From: Corallochytrium limacisporum Hawaii
Lineage: Eukaryota > Protista > Pluriformea
Assembly: GCA_002811645.1 (NCBI GenBank)
Contig: PDIP01000015.1
Location: 1-64,000 of the forward strand
Direction: 5' to 3'
Length of the DNA stretch: 64,000 nucleotides
The notes below the pieces were generated by a model. That model saw nothing but the letters and a program-made list of their open reading frames with translations, searched no databases and was not told where the DNA came from. Positions 1-11,730 of the stretch are shown here, in pieces. Within the stretch, counting starts at the first letter, position 1, and the number at the start of each line of letters is the position of its first letter. The position numbers were made by a program, and so were the translations under genes.

Positions 1-2320
1 AAGCGACGGCAGAGCTAAATCAAAATGAGTAGATTTGATACAATATTCTCAGACAGAGGGTGGTACAACGGTAGGTAAAGGTTGCCGGCCGTTTTTGTTT
101 CCAACAAAAAATCTACTGGGTCAGAATATTTACTACGTGGTCCTGAGTCGGTTCTGCAGCTAGAATGCACCTGAAGAACTAAGGAGAATAAATGTCTTGC
201 GTTTTCATTTCGTAGTACTGCGGGGGTGAGAGGCCACGACATGGGATACCGTCGCTTACACATGGAGTGAAGCGATAGTTAGAAATGTTTGCATTCCTGA
301 GGTCTTCGAGAGACGAAAATATGTAACTCCGTTGGTACCCTGCGCTTGATAACGCGAAAGAAATACGTGCAGTGCTTTATAAACGCTTCTGATGAACGCT
401 GCTCTATGATCGCGCTTCTTGGTAAATTTACGTCACAGTGGCGCTATTGCCAATGAAAAGGGAAAGAAATCGCAAGGCAAACACAGACGAAGAAACCGGC
501 CGCACGTCTTCACAGGTCATCGCTGTAAACATGCGCTCGAAACTGCCTAAAAGACGGCAGCAGCGGTAGTAGCCGCAAGTGGAGAAGATTGGTGTGTCCT
601 AAGCATTATCCCACCCACACATAGAAACAACGGAAAGGTGGAAGAAGATTGGGTGAAATTTGGCAGCTGGCACATGTTCACAAGTCTACCCTGCATATTT
701 GGTGAACAAGAGTACACTCCCTCTCTCTTCTTGCCTTACCTGCTGCCGCTCCCCCAGCATTTCTTTTGTATCAAAGGGCGGCCCGGGGGAGGGGAGGGGA
801 GCGGTTTCCGCAGGACTTTGAGGTGTCTAGCAGATAGGCTATCGCTGGATGCATCCATTTCTCGACATCATTCAGTCAGCTGACACAGATCTACAGTTGT
901 GTCAGTGGCCATGGTAGACAGACATCATTCTCCAGTATTGTGCTCTTGGGGACGGGCTGGTATCAGTGCATACACACTTTCATGCGCGCATCATTGGACA
1001 AGCGTTTTACCCTGGCACTATAGCCGCATGAGGGATCATTGTCCCACTTCTTCACCGCAAATCAGTACAGTATCTGTTTACTACTCTTACAACGCGGACG
1101 AGATTTTCCATCTCCCACTTCACGCCCCTTTCAGACAATCTGATTTCCCGGGAGAGGCGCCTGGCGTTATAAATAGGCCCCGGAATCTAACACCTTTGCA
1201 AAGTCTTAGGCGAGAATTGGCAATCTGACGGGCATCTATGTCTACCCACTTCACCATTTCCCAGCACGAGAAAGCAAACACTTTGGAGCACTGGGCGGTC
1301 AAGTCCATTGCACTGTATTGTTGACTGCGTACTGAGAGACTTAGGTACGCAATTCGGGAGGACTGCAATCACGGGCACCTGGGCATGGCGGAAGTTCAGC
1401 TGGGAAGACGGCCGCACGAACGCCTCAAGCGAACACCTTCATTACTTAAGGATCCTGGATTGCTGCGTGTCGTACGGATACACTTCAGCCCATTCGCGTC
1501 AGCAAGCCTACCATGCATAGCACGCTGCGACCCTTAACATGAGTGTGTCATGGAATGGCAACCTAAGGATGCTTGCACACGACCAAGAGCCCGAACCTCT
1601 GTATAAATAGACTCCCGTTGAGGGCAAGTTCGGGGTACAAGGATATATAAATCGGCCGTCACAACTTGTGACATTCGAAGGCGTCCTTCATCATGTCCCT
1701 TCATCTGAGAAGATGACGAATTCGGAGCCGAGAATTCAGCAGACACTGTACCCAATCCCCCCTGGCTTGGAAAACGGTGTCTTAGGCCTCTGGGACGCCG
1801 CAAAAAGTTACAAGGTGGAGAGGAACATGCATACAACTGCTGCAATACAAACGAATGAGTATTTGCAAGATGTCAGCAGCAATCAGCAGCATGTCAGCAG
1901 TAAGAGGAAACGTAGCGATCAATGTCATTTGTGTTCTGTAAGTGTACCTACCAATTCAATCTGGAAGTTACAGACTGTCTTTTGGTTCGGCCTTTGGGTT
2001 CGCGACGGCTCGACGGTAACGAAAAAGCCGGATAGAAAAAAGCCACTGACCGTCAGGTGTGCTGTCCCCAAGAAGAATGTCCTCCTCACTTCCAATGGCG
2101 TGCTTGGATCTCTGGGATTTGCTCTGTACTAGTCGAAGGGATCTAGCGATAGAAATTGCTACTCCCAAGCAGATCTGACAGCGATGAGTGCACTGAGAAC
2201 TGGAATCCGGAGCACCCCTATCTATAGGCCAATGATATTTGAGCATCAACTTGGTTGTTGCGGTTTACACACTGAGTAATGGACCCATTACATTACACGT
2301 ACACTCAGCCGAACACATCC

Positions 2321-2518
2321 CATCATCATCATCACCGTCATCATGATAAATCACTGTCCACTACACTTCCCGTCGTCTTCACCGTAAATTTGAACAACAC
2401 AGACATGTACAGCAGCTGGGTTGGACTGCTTTATAGCCTAATCCCACGCGTCTATCAAGCACATCAGCATCATCATCAGCGATCAAGGTTTGCTCGTCAT
2501 CATTGTCATCATCACCAT
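2321..2518. repeat. Degenerate (CAT)n tracts
   Basis: Two CAT/CAG/CGT triplet tracts at about 2321-2347 and 2461-2518. Confidence 0.7.
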
Positions 2519-2970
2519 TTATTGCTTGCAGCCCGAAGAACATGATGCTCAAAGCAGTGGGCACAGAGACTTTCTCTACATGTGCGCACCCGTAGAGTGC
2601 TTGCTCTGCCTTTAAGTTTCTGGGACTCCGCGAGTAGTTCTCTACAAGTAGGGACGCAAAACATACAGAGGTCGCCCAACACCTGGAGAGTTCGTGCAGA
2701 CTCGAACCGCCTAAACAATGAACCGGCATTAGATTCCATTGACTTCAGCGTAACCTAACCACAAATGGAACCGACACACTGTGTTCGAGGCCACAAGACC
2801 TCGTGTGTGACCGTCATTGATTTACTATTAAACCCCACTCTGCTCCGTGGGGAAATCCTTGCGTGTAATGTTGAGGTCGGCCACATATGGGGAACAGATG
2901 GCTTGTGTTTATCAACACGTTATCTATGGCTACCCGCCATACCCAGATAGTCCACCTTGAAATATTGTAC
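2512..2970 (-). mobile_element. Degenerate piggyBac/PGBD-like transposase relic, C-terminal part
   Basis: Minus-strand reading across frameshifts gives SRWTIWVWRVAIDNVLINTSHL...ITRKDF (piggyBac W...D...N...L...F motif after the third catalytic Asp). It then gives a Cys-rich tail (H...RC..VC/CMFC...KGRAST.YGC.TCRESLCAHCFEHH) resembling the PGBD C-terminal CRD. No TIR or TTAA ends were identified. Confidence 0.5.
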
Positions 2971-3054
2971 AGTAAATATAAATATCACAACACGCATACC
3001 GAACCAGATACCCAATATAGCCATTCAAGGTGGACGAATGTCCGCGAAGAAAAT

Positions 3055-3230
3055 TAACACTGCCTGGCGAAAAGTCTCTCTCACTATGAACCATCTATGG
3101 ACATAAATCTTCAGCCCCGCTCCGCAGGGAGAAATTCGGGGCCCAGAAGTCTGAACCATCACTTGGACTCGGGCAATTTTGCTCCCCTCCGCTGTGTAGA
3201 TGGCTACATGTTAGATTTTTGTGCAGACTC
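3055..3230 (+). mobile_element. Possible piggyBac-like catalytic-domain fragment (inverted relative to 2512-2970)
   Basis: Frameshifted reading LPGEKSLSL(DE)TIYGHKSSAPLRR...LRCVDGYMLDF resembles the piggyBac PG..L.IDE..G....P.R...GY..F segment. The DE has to be restored by assuming small deletions. Confidence 0.3.
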
Positions 3231-4496
3231 CATACTGAAGCAAGGAAACACGGAGCTGCTCAGCGACCGAAAAGGACCTCCCTGCATCGGTAGAGCGAAG
3301 GTCTCCAGTCGGTGATCGTTGTTGTTTTTCGGGGCGTTCCTAATTTTCGTCGGAGTGTTCCACTGGTTCGTTGTCTACTGGCGATGGGCGAGGCATTCAT
3401 CCCCTAAATCTCCGCCTCTGCCACGTTTTCTCAACGCCTCTGGATCATTTCCATATTAAATGAGCGCCCTGAGACGCCGAAGATGGTTTGTCCAAATTTT
3501 TCGGTGAGTTTTGTACGCGTGTGGTGTGGTCTATTGTGGAGTTGTTCTGCTTATCGCGTAGAGATCCGGTACTCCCAACACTGGTTTCCGTGACTGGTCT
3601 GTTGATAGGACCGTGCGCTGTTTTGACCGGAACTGGAAAACGCGCTGATGAATTCCATGGCCAGTCTCTGATAGAGAGAATCTGAGGGAAGACGGGGAGG
3701 AAGGGGCATGACTACAAATCTTCGCTATTATACATTCATCGGCCAATTTATATAGTGAACATAGGCCATCCCGAGGAACAAACTTTTGGTACCATCTGAG
3801 CATCCTCGGCAATAATGGGATGCTATGAGATCATCGCAAGAGATTATGACCGCGCAGAGAACATAAGACATTCATCCGTTGCATCTCACCAAAACAAACC
3901 ATAATAATTGGAGGAGACACAAACGGAGCTTTACATTCTGCGGACCGGTACGCGTGGACTGTGAGAAGAGTTTCTCACAAGACCCAGCAAAAGGGAGATG
4001 ATCCAGTGTGAGCGAGCAGAAATTGACTACCTCTTTTGTTCTCGGTACGTGTGGGGCGGTCCGGTGACACGAGACCTCCCTGGTAAGTTACCCCTCACAT
4101 GTTCTTTGTTTCGTAAACCAACGTTGCCCGGTCTAGGTCACACCTGCAGTACCATTTCCAAAGGCATGTGTGGGAGAGGAGGAGACATGTTTTGAGAAAA
4201 AAAATAGAGCATTGGTAGATTTTTGGACACTTCATTTCCGTCATACCTCACTGTCGGCTTAAATTACGGCCAACTTCTCCCGAAAATCAAGGCCATAGAC
4301 AGACAGTGACGTACCTTCGGCTTTTTGGCATCTGCGTCGTACTCCGGTTTTGGTGACCAAGTGTTTGACGGAGTAATGCGTTTTTATCATTACTACGAAT
4401 GTCCGTCTCTGTCGACAATCTCATAGTATATTTAGTACTGCATTCTACGAGCCCCCAATCCCATCTCTCAGGACAGGTAGTAGAAGGTGCCGACTT

Positions 4497-4554
4497 ACGT
4501 ATGTGAAAATGGCATAGCTAGATGCGACGTATGTGAAAATGGCATAGCTATGCG
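4497..4554. repeat. Short tandem duplication (about 30-bp unit)
   Basis: acgtatgtgaaaatggcatagcta (24 bp exact) at 4497 and 4527. Confidence 0.9.
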
Positions 4555-6203
4555 ACATTTCATCTGAGTATGTCAATAGTGATACACCCCCACAGAGACG
4601 ATCGGTTGCGCGGAGTTCTAACACGTCGGTACTCTCACAACCAACGGCAATACTTGGGAGCGTGCTGTGGGTCGTAACGTACTTCCACCCCCACTCACTT
4701 AATTTCGCGCGGCGAGTCCCTGTTTTTCTTTTCGGATACATACAGTATAGGAGGGAAAGCGGACCGCCCACCACTTTTTTCTTGTGCCTCCCGTGTGGGT
4801 ATCGATGGCAGCATCAAGGGAAACGCATTTTTTTTCTCATCCGCGCCTGTTCTGTTCCATCCCGCAGAATTGCCTGGTTTCCGCGGGCCGGTTGGGGAGC
4901 AATAACGAATCTATAGGTCGGTTGGCGACGTGAGGGAGGGGGGAAAAGGGGACAAGGGAAGCTTTCTGGTGCGCTGGAGGGATGCGGTTCAGGTAGTGGT
5001 GACAGCAGCGGATGGGTCCAACTGTGCAAAATCTCTGTGCGCTGGTGCTGCAAACTCCCCTACTTTCACTATGTAATATGAGGCAGGGGCCCATTCACAC
5101 ACGGCATTCAAATGATCTGAATCTATGTGGGGGAGGGAACAGGTGCTCTGGCGCAATTGCCAACACAGGAATGGAGTGGAGAAATTCTGGCCTCACCAGC
5201 CGGAAGGGAAAAACGGACTGTTATGGTCTGACTATATAGATTGAATGGCGTGCAGGCAGACCTAGTGGAAAAATTTGCAAGCCGCTGCGGCTCCATATAA
5301 ACTGATGAGGGGGGGAAGGCATGGGAATGGAAGGAACACAAGAATTGACGACAACGAGACTTACTGCGACCAACGGTCGTTTGCAAAGAAGACGAATAAC
5401 TTATAGCGAATAAATGAAGGAGGGAGAACAGAAATTGGAGAATCTGCACGGATCATCAATTTGCGCTTCTCTGGAATAGCAGGCTTCGCCGACTGGCTAA
5501 TTGGATCCCACCACACTAATGGCCGTCGCGACAGGTGCCGAGATGCATTAAAGAGAAATTTCTATATTGACACAGTCTACCATTCAATGAGAAAACTCAA
5601 ACACTAGTATCTTTGTCAAACATGAATCTCAGCCTATCCCCCGCAATACGTCACCGAGAGACAAGAAGGCCCGATCAGGTAGACCCTCATCCGGTATCAT
5701 TCTCACACATTCACTATAGGAATATGTTGAAGGTTACTTTGTGGACGGTCCCAACACGAGTGGGGGCGTCCACTTCTAGGGCACACGACTCGTTCAATCA
5801 TTGCACGCAAATTTGTTTTGGACGCACATCCAAGAGGTAACAACAGATGAGGGTGTACTGGTGACGTTGCAGTCTCTCTGCATCTCGTTTTGTGTACTCT
5901 TGATCTTTTGCTTGTCTGTCATTCTTGCACACTTGACCAAGTCAGCAAACTAAGTGATGTTATGCGGAGTGTTCCATGGTTGCCTTTGGAATTTGGCGGG
6001 TACTTGGAACATCCTAATCATGTAAACAGTCCTGAAGTCAGTCATATTGAAGAAGTGAATAAGAAGCGACGGATCAATAGCTTCATGATACAAACAAATT
6101 CAACACTTTAAGAATGATTGGATAATACGACAGCGGACAGAGAGAGAACTATAATCCATTTGTTCAATTTCTGCTTAGCATACATACACAGCAAGGGGAC
6201 GTA

Positions 6204-8348
6204 ATGTCAAATCCGTACCAGTATAAGCCGAAGAGGAGCTCAGCGCTCCGGCAACCAGCGGTGAGCCGAGAGAATCTTTTGCCCACTGCTATGCCGCGGG
6301 ACTCCACCGCCACGGATGCTACCTTGGAACTGCTGACCCGGGACCCGTCATTTAACCTGTCATCTCCGGATGACGACCAGCACGCGGCTACTTTCCATGG
6401 CCCAAGTAAAGAACAGCGGATGCCTTCAGTCGGTGATATTTTCCTTGAGGTTCAACGGGAAAAGGAGCAGAGAATGGCAGAAAACGGATCACAGATGAAG
6501 ATGACCCGTTCGGTGTCCATGGAGGGCGATATTAGAACGAGCCAATCAAATCTTGCTGTGCTGACAGCACATCACCAGCATGTACGTAGCACTGAGGATA
6601 TACGCGCAAAAGAAGTGCCGTTCGCACCACTGCCCAAGAAATTCAAACAGAGCCACGGTAGCCTTGCACATTTTGGTATAAAGAAACCGCACTCGGGACA
6701 CAGTTACGTAGATTCCACGGCCAGTTTTGCCGAACCGCACTCTGCGGAGAGTCAGTCGGCGTATGATCTCGGGCCCCCTCGCAAAAGCTACAGAGAACCA
6801 CAGACCACCAAGGATAAGGTCTGGCTATACCGCGTATATCTGTGGGAATGGGCAGAGCAGCCTCTGTGTGATTGGCGTGTGTTATACCAGCTACTTGTGG
6901 TGATCACGGTGCTGCTGTCAGCTGTTGTGGCCGTTGCCGCAACCGCTTATGAACAAGACAGCCACGGGGTGTTCATAGTTGAGATAATCTTGCAGAGCAT
7001 CATTTCTTTCGACTACTTGATTCGCCTCGTGAGCCACGGTACACAACCACAGTTCCTTGGCGTCGTAGGCAGCATCAACTTTTTCTTCCATCCGCGCTAC
7101 TTGATTGATCTGATCAGCTGCGTGCCCTCGCCGTTCTTAGTATACGCAGGTGACTTCCGTGAGGACACTGAAGCCCGGATCCTGTTTTACTTTAGCATCT
7201 TCCGGCTGCTAAAGTTAGACCGTTACATTGGCGCCGGTGGAACCATGTGGCAGGCGATTCAGACCACTTCCAAAGAATTGATCGCAGCCTACTTCCTCTG
7301 CATTGTGGGTATCATTAACATCAGCGCCATTATGTACGTGGTGGAAGGAGATGACCAGAGCGAGTTTAGTTCCGTCCTGGAGAGCATGTGGTGGGGTTTC
7401 ATCACCTACACGACTATTGGTTACGGTGATGTATCACCGGTCACTGACGCCGGCAAAGCCGTGGTCACGGTGTCGGTGTTGGTTCTGGTCGCGTCCACAG
7501 CTCTACCTTCTGCTATCATTGGTACTTCCTTTGCCCTTCAAGCCTCCGAGAACAAACGCAAGCGCTGGCGCGAGTTTGTTTTGAAGGATCGGGCTGCGAT
7601 GCTGATCCAGGCCTGGTGGCGCAACAAGGTCATCAACTCCGGCAAGGAATTTGGTATTTCCCAACAACCCACCTGGGAATGGCTGCAGCACAGCCTCAGC
7701 CGGCCGGCTGTTACACGAGATGTGAATGAGATTGCAGTCACTCATATGACCTGGGGAGTGGCCATCAAACAGTTCTTCCACGAGCGTTTTGGGAGCAGCA
7801 ACAAAAGCACTATCAAGTCCCTGGCGGAATCCCGCCAGTTCCTGGCTGCTGTTAACGACGACACGAAGATGCGCCGGCGTCAGCGTGCCCAGATGCGCTC
7901 CATGGCATCTCTGGCGCTCAAACTGTGCACTCGCCGCTTTCTGTCCGCCCGCAGGCGGTATGGACGTGATGTTGATGATATTTTGCTCGCGACCAACCGC
8001 CTCCACGTTCATCTCCAGGGCTCAATGGAGTATCACTTTGATGAGGTCATCGATCGGCTGAATAGGAACCAGACGATCAAGAGTGAACGTGATATGGCCC
8101 TTGCCCGCGACTTGGAGTATCTGCAGACTGAAGTGGTCCGGCTTAACAAGGAACTGAATGCAAGCCGTCAAGACAACACTCAGCTGTTGTTGAATATTGC
8201 GGAGCATTTGGGTATTGCTAAGCCAGAGGATCATGAGGAACGCAATAGTTCTACTCTCGTGGAACGTTACCAACCCAGGAGTGCGTTGCAGGCCCAGATC
8301 CATCGTGACTCGAATGGCGACCGCAACCTCGATGTCAGTCCATTTTGA
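6204..8348 (+). CDS. KCNQ: KCNQ (Kv7)-like potassium channel
   Basis: 6-TM channel with TTIGYGD filter, S4 RILFYFSIFRLLKLDR followed by GGTMW, and S6 ALPSAIIGTSFAL. C-terminus has IQ helix A (AAMLIQAWWR), a TW helix, helix B/C-like RRFLSARRRYGRDVDDI and a terminal coiled coil. Confidence 0.9.
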   Translation: MSNPYQYKPKRSSALRQPAVSRENLLPTAMPRDSTATDATLELLTRDPSFNLSSPDDDQHAATFHGPSKEQRMPSVGDIFLEVQREKEQRMAENGSQMKMTRSVSMEGDIRTSQSNLAVLTAHHQHVRSTEDIRAKEVPFAPLPKKFKQSHGSLAHFGIKKPHSGHSYVDSTASFAEPHSAESQSAYDLGPPRKSYREPQTTKDKVWLYRVYLWEWAEQPLCDWRVLYQLLVVITVLLSAVVAVAATAYEQDSHGVFIVEIILQSIISFDYLIRLVSHGTQPQFLGVVGSINFFFHPRYLIDLISCVPSPFLVYAGDFREDTEARILFYFSIFRLLKLDRYIGAGGTMWQAIQTTSKELIAAYFLCIVGIINISAIMYVVEGDDQSEFSSVLESMWWGFITYTTIGYGDVSPVTDAGKAVVTVSVLVLVASTALPSAIIGTSFALQASENKRKRWREFVLKDRAAMLIQAWWRNKVINSGKEFGISQQPTWEWLQHSLSRPAVTRDVNEIAVTHMTWGVAIKQFFHERFGSSNKSTIKSLAESRQFLAAVNDDTKMRRRQRAQMRSMASLALKLCTRRFLSARRRYGRDVDDILLATNRLHVHLQGSMEYHFDEVIDRLNRNQTIKSERDMALARDLEYLQTEVVRLNKELNASRQDNTQLLLNIAEHLGIAKPEDHEERNSSTLVERYQPRSALQAQIHRDSNGDRNLDVSPF

Positions 8349-8605
8349 GAACGTGCAAACTGATTGAGACTTGGATTAAGGTGGACTGCGACTGCCAAGT
8401 GTAGTATGGTATTGGCGCGCTGGTAAAAAAATCGGAAACATATCATTCATACATCAACCAAGAATGTAATCAATAGACAAAGGTATATCTACAAATTGTG
8501 AGTATTCTGGTCCACTGTCATGTCGTTTTCCTTAGTACCGCGAAAAAGTGGCCTTGGACCCTGAATGTACTACAGTATGCAGAATGACGGAACATTCACT
8601 ATTCA

Positions 8606-10879
8606 CTATTCCGTGTTCCCCGAACGTCCGTCCGTGTCTAGAAGCTTGGAGAGTTCGTCAATAATTTCCAAGCGTCGTGCCTCCGTGCGCATGTCCATTT
8701 CGTGAATCTCGCAATGCATGCGGATAGATTCAGCAGCTGCTTCGTTGACCAGTACACCCTGTTGCTTCTTGCGGTCCTCGCCCTTGGTACTATCCTGTGG
8801 AGTCTGCGTCTCCGTACTTTGCATTCCAATAGAATTGTTTGCTGGAGTCCGATCCACTACGATTCGCTTTAAGTGCCTCATTTCCGCTTGCAGGTCCCGC
8901 AGAGAGGCCGCCATATCGTCTGCATTTCCATCATGCAGTTTCTCTGTACCTGCGTTTTGGTATGCATTCTGACTGGCGATCTGGTTATGATACTCTTTCA
9001 GGAGCTCATTGATCATATCCAGTTTCAGGATGGGATCCGCATCAAGCATCTTAGAGTCCGCAGGACCACCACGCCGGAGCATAGCCAACTGGTAGATCTC
9101 GTCGATCTTGGCCACAAGAACAGCCACTGGTTTCGGGTCCGCTCCAGAATCACCAGGCATATTGGTGTAGTGCGCCATCTGCTGTAGTTTGCTGTTTAGT
9201 CCAGCCATTGCCTTAGCCATGCGATCGATCGTGGCCCGTAGATCGTCCCGTTCGTTTCGCAAGTCTTCAAATCGCTCAAGCAGAGTATCATGCATGTTGC
9301 GCTTCAATTTCCTCTCGAGCTCTTCCTCAGCAGTCTGGAGCCAGCCCTCCCTTTCCTCCATCTTTGCCACTGCCTCTGTGACACGAGTCTCAAAATCTAT
9401 CTTTTCGTCGCTAAATTGTTGCATTTGGGCCGCCAACTTCTCCTTGGCCCGCAGGAGCTCTATGTCATTCGATACTTCTGGTTCCGTTCCCGCAGTGATG
9501 TCGGCTTCCAGCGCCTTCTCCAATCGCTTGACCTCCTGTCGCTCTTTGTCACGCAAGGTGTCCATCTCCGCGTTGGCTTGTTGGAGGGCCGTGGCTGTAA
9601 TATCTTCGACCTGCCTTTGCATCAACTTCTCTATGGTAAACTCTTTTTCCCGTAGTTCCTCTTCAAGCTCTTCCACGCGGCCTTTCCAATTGCTACGCTC
9701 TAAGCTCTGGGTCGAGGGTGGAGAGGTCACTTTCGTTTTGCTTTCTGGACTTGTCATGACTTCCCGGAGGTAGGGAGTGTCTTCATTGATTTCCTTGATG
9801 CCAGGCTTGCCACTTTCGAGCTCTTTGATCCGTGCATTGGCTCTTTCTAACCGATCCAAAGCTTTGCTGAGGTCATTGCGGCGTTTCTCTAACCTGGCCA
9901 GCAGTTCCTTCTCCCGTGTACGGTAGTGGTCTAATTCCGTGTTACCAAAGGCATTGGTTGCGCCAGCAAGAGTATCTTTGCTCCTCAGATTCGCCAGTTC
10001 GGTTTCGAGTTCGAGGATACGATTCGCTTGTTGGAGTTCGGCAGGATCCCTGGAGCTGGCATTCATTCGTAGCTGCGCTTGCATATTTGACAGGTCGGAG
10101 GCCAGCTGCTCCTTCTCCTGCCTCAATTCCAAGATCTTTTTCTGCATTTCAGTAATCTTGACAGCACTTACATCACTCTGCTGCTTATGCGGCGGGGATG
10201 AAGTGGAAGGTTGTGATCCACTGGACTTCTTCAAATCTTTGATGATCTCAAGCAAGTGCTCAATCCGTGCTTTCCGACTTGCTGCCAAAGTCCGCAATTC
10301 CTCTGCTTCTATGGCCAAGCTGCTGTCATCACTGCTCTTTAGCTGTGGTGTCTTGGAGGGTGACGCCAGGGCAGTAGCCAGCTCCCGCTCCAGTCGCTTC
10401 ACCTCTCGATATGCGTAGTTCAACTCCTTCTGTAAACGATTATTGTCCTCCCGAACCTCGTTCAGCTCAAAAATCAGTCCATTATTCTGTTTTGACACTT
10501 GTAAACGACGCTGTACCTCATTCTCCAGAGCTTTGCGCAAGTTCTGCTGTGCAATATGGGAATCCCTCAGAATGGTAGCTTCACGAGCTGGTGACGGTTT
10601 GGTTGCTCTGTTGGCCCGTGACGCTGGACTTCCATGGACAGATGATCCTCCGGATACTTTCATCGAACTACTCCCATTTGCATACCTATGTGTGTTCGTG
10701 TTTCTGGCAACCCTACTCGCTCCAGTGACGTTAAATGGATCTGTAGCTGCTGCAGCAAGGTCAGTCGAACGATTCAATTCACTCAGCTGGTTTCTAGTTC
10801 CCTTGGTGAGTTGATCCAAAGCTTCCTGCGCTTCGCGAAGTTGGCGGGCGAGGATGTTCCGCCCGTCTTCTTCCACCAT
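8606..10879 (-). CDS. Long coiled-coil protein of unknown function (about 757 aa)
   Basis: Long ORF of E/K/L/R heptads with S/P-rich linkers. The ORF track starts at a GTG; the first ATG (gtaataATG) is at 10879. Confidence 0.8.
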   Translation of the reverse strand: MVEEDGRNILARQLREAQEALDQLTKGTRNQLSELNRSTDLAAAATDPFNVTGASRVARNTNTHRYANGSSSMKVSGGSSVHGSPASRANRATKPSPAREATILRDSHIAQQNLRKALENEVQRRLQVSKQNNGLIFELNEVREDNNRLQKELNYAYREVKRLERELATALASPSKTPQLKSSDDSSLAIEAEELRTLAASRKARIEHLLEIIKDLKKSSGSQPSTSSPPHKQQSDVSAVKITEMQKKILELRQEKEQLASDLSNMQAQLRMNASSRDPAELQQANRILELETELANLRSKDTLAGATNAFGNTELDHYRTREKELLARLEKRRNDLSKALDRLERANARIKELESGKPGIKEINEDTPYLREVMTSPESKTKVTSPPSTQSLERSNWKGRVEELEEELREKEFTIEKLMQRQVEDITATALQQANAEMDTLRDKERQEVKRLEKALEADITAGTEPEVSNDIELLRAKEKLAAQMQQFSDEKIDFETRVTEAVAKMEEREGWLQTAEEELERKLKRNMHDTLLERFEDLRNERDDLRATIDRMAKAMAGLNSKLQQMAHYTNMPGDSGADPKPVAVLVAKIDEIYQLAMLRRGGPADSKMLDADPILKLDMINELLKEYHNQIASQNAYQNAGTEKLHDGNADDMAASLRDLQAEMRHLKRIVVDRTPANNSIGMQSTETQTPQDSTKGEDRKKQQGVLVNEAAAESIRMHCEIHEMDMRTEARRLEIIDELSKLLDTDGRSGNTE

Positions 10880-11730
10880 TATTACAGAGATCCTACGGCC
10901 AAGTACTATTGTCTCCACCGTCTCATTTTCTGCACCTACTTTAAACTACTGCTTTGGACACTTCCTGAGTGCATTGTTCGCATTGCTACGCAGCATAGCA
11001 CACATGTTTTTATATGTTTTCCCTGCGAAGGACCTTCTTGTACGTACCATGCTTTGCATGGATGGATTCTTGTCCGAATGTTTTGCCTTTCTTCTCCTGT
11101 GCCGCGTTCGGTCGGGATCGGAAGCAAACCGACCACCACGGTGGGGAGAGGTTTGGAAGAGGAGAGGACCCGGCCTTATCAGCCAGAGGTAAGAAGAAGA
11201 GGTGGAGGGAGAGTGTCGAATGCGCTATTTGGCGCCGAATTCAAGGCCATACCGAATTAGACTCCCGGCTGGGCTCGAAAGCCGGTCAGCCTTGGAGTAG
11301 GAACCCCCTTAGCACAATGGCGGTGTGTCGGGACGGCGAGCTTACGCGGCGGCTGTCCCGGAGACTTGCACACTTGCGCCCGGCACTGGCGCACGCCGCA
11401 ACGAATTCACATTGCAGATAGGTGAGGATGGGAGAAAGAAAGGGGGAGCGCCCGCGGGCGGCACTCTCGGACAAAAGTGACATCTTTGGTTCCGGGGTAT
11501 TGTAAGAGTTTGTTTGTTCGCTGGTAGACTAAAGAGGGCAATGCTATTTCAAAACTCATAGTCATCAAAGGAAAGTTCTTAGAGATGGAGATTGTGTAAG
11601 TCATTGTACGCAACGTTAGTCCTGTGAAATTAGTCTGAGGTAAGAGATATCTTAATCCCTCTGGAGAGACATACTACACTAGCCATGTAGAGCTTTAAAA
11701 GGAGAACGTGTATGTCAAGGCATTGAAATC

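Noticed and set aside
5176-5300. Walker-A-like GEILASPAG.GKT reading
   Set aside because: Needs a frameshift, and no downstream helicase motifs are visible.
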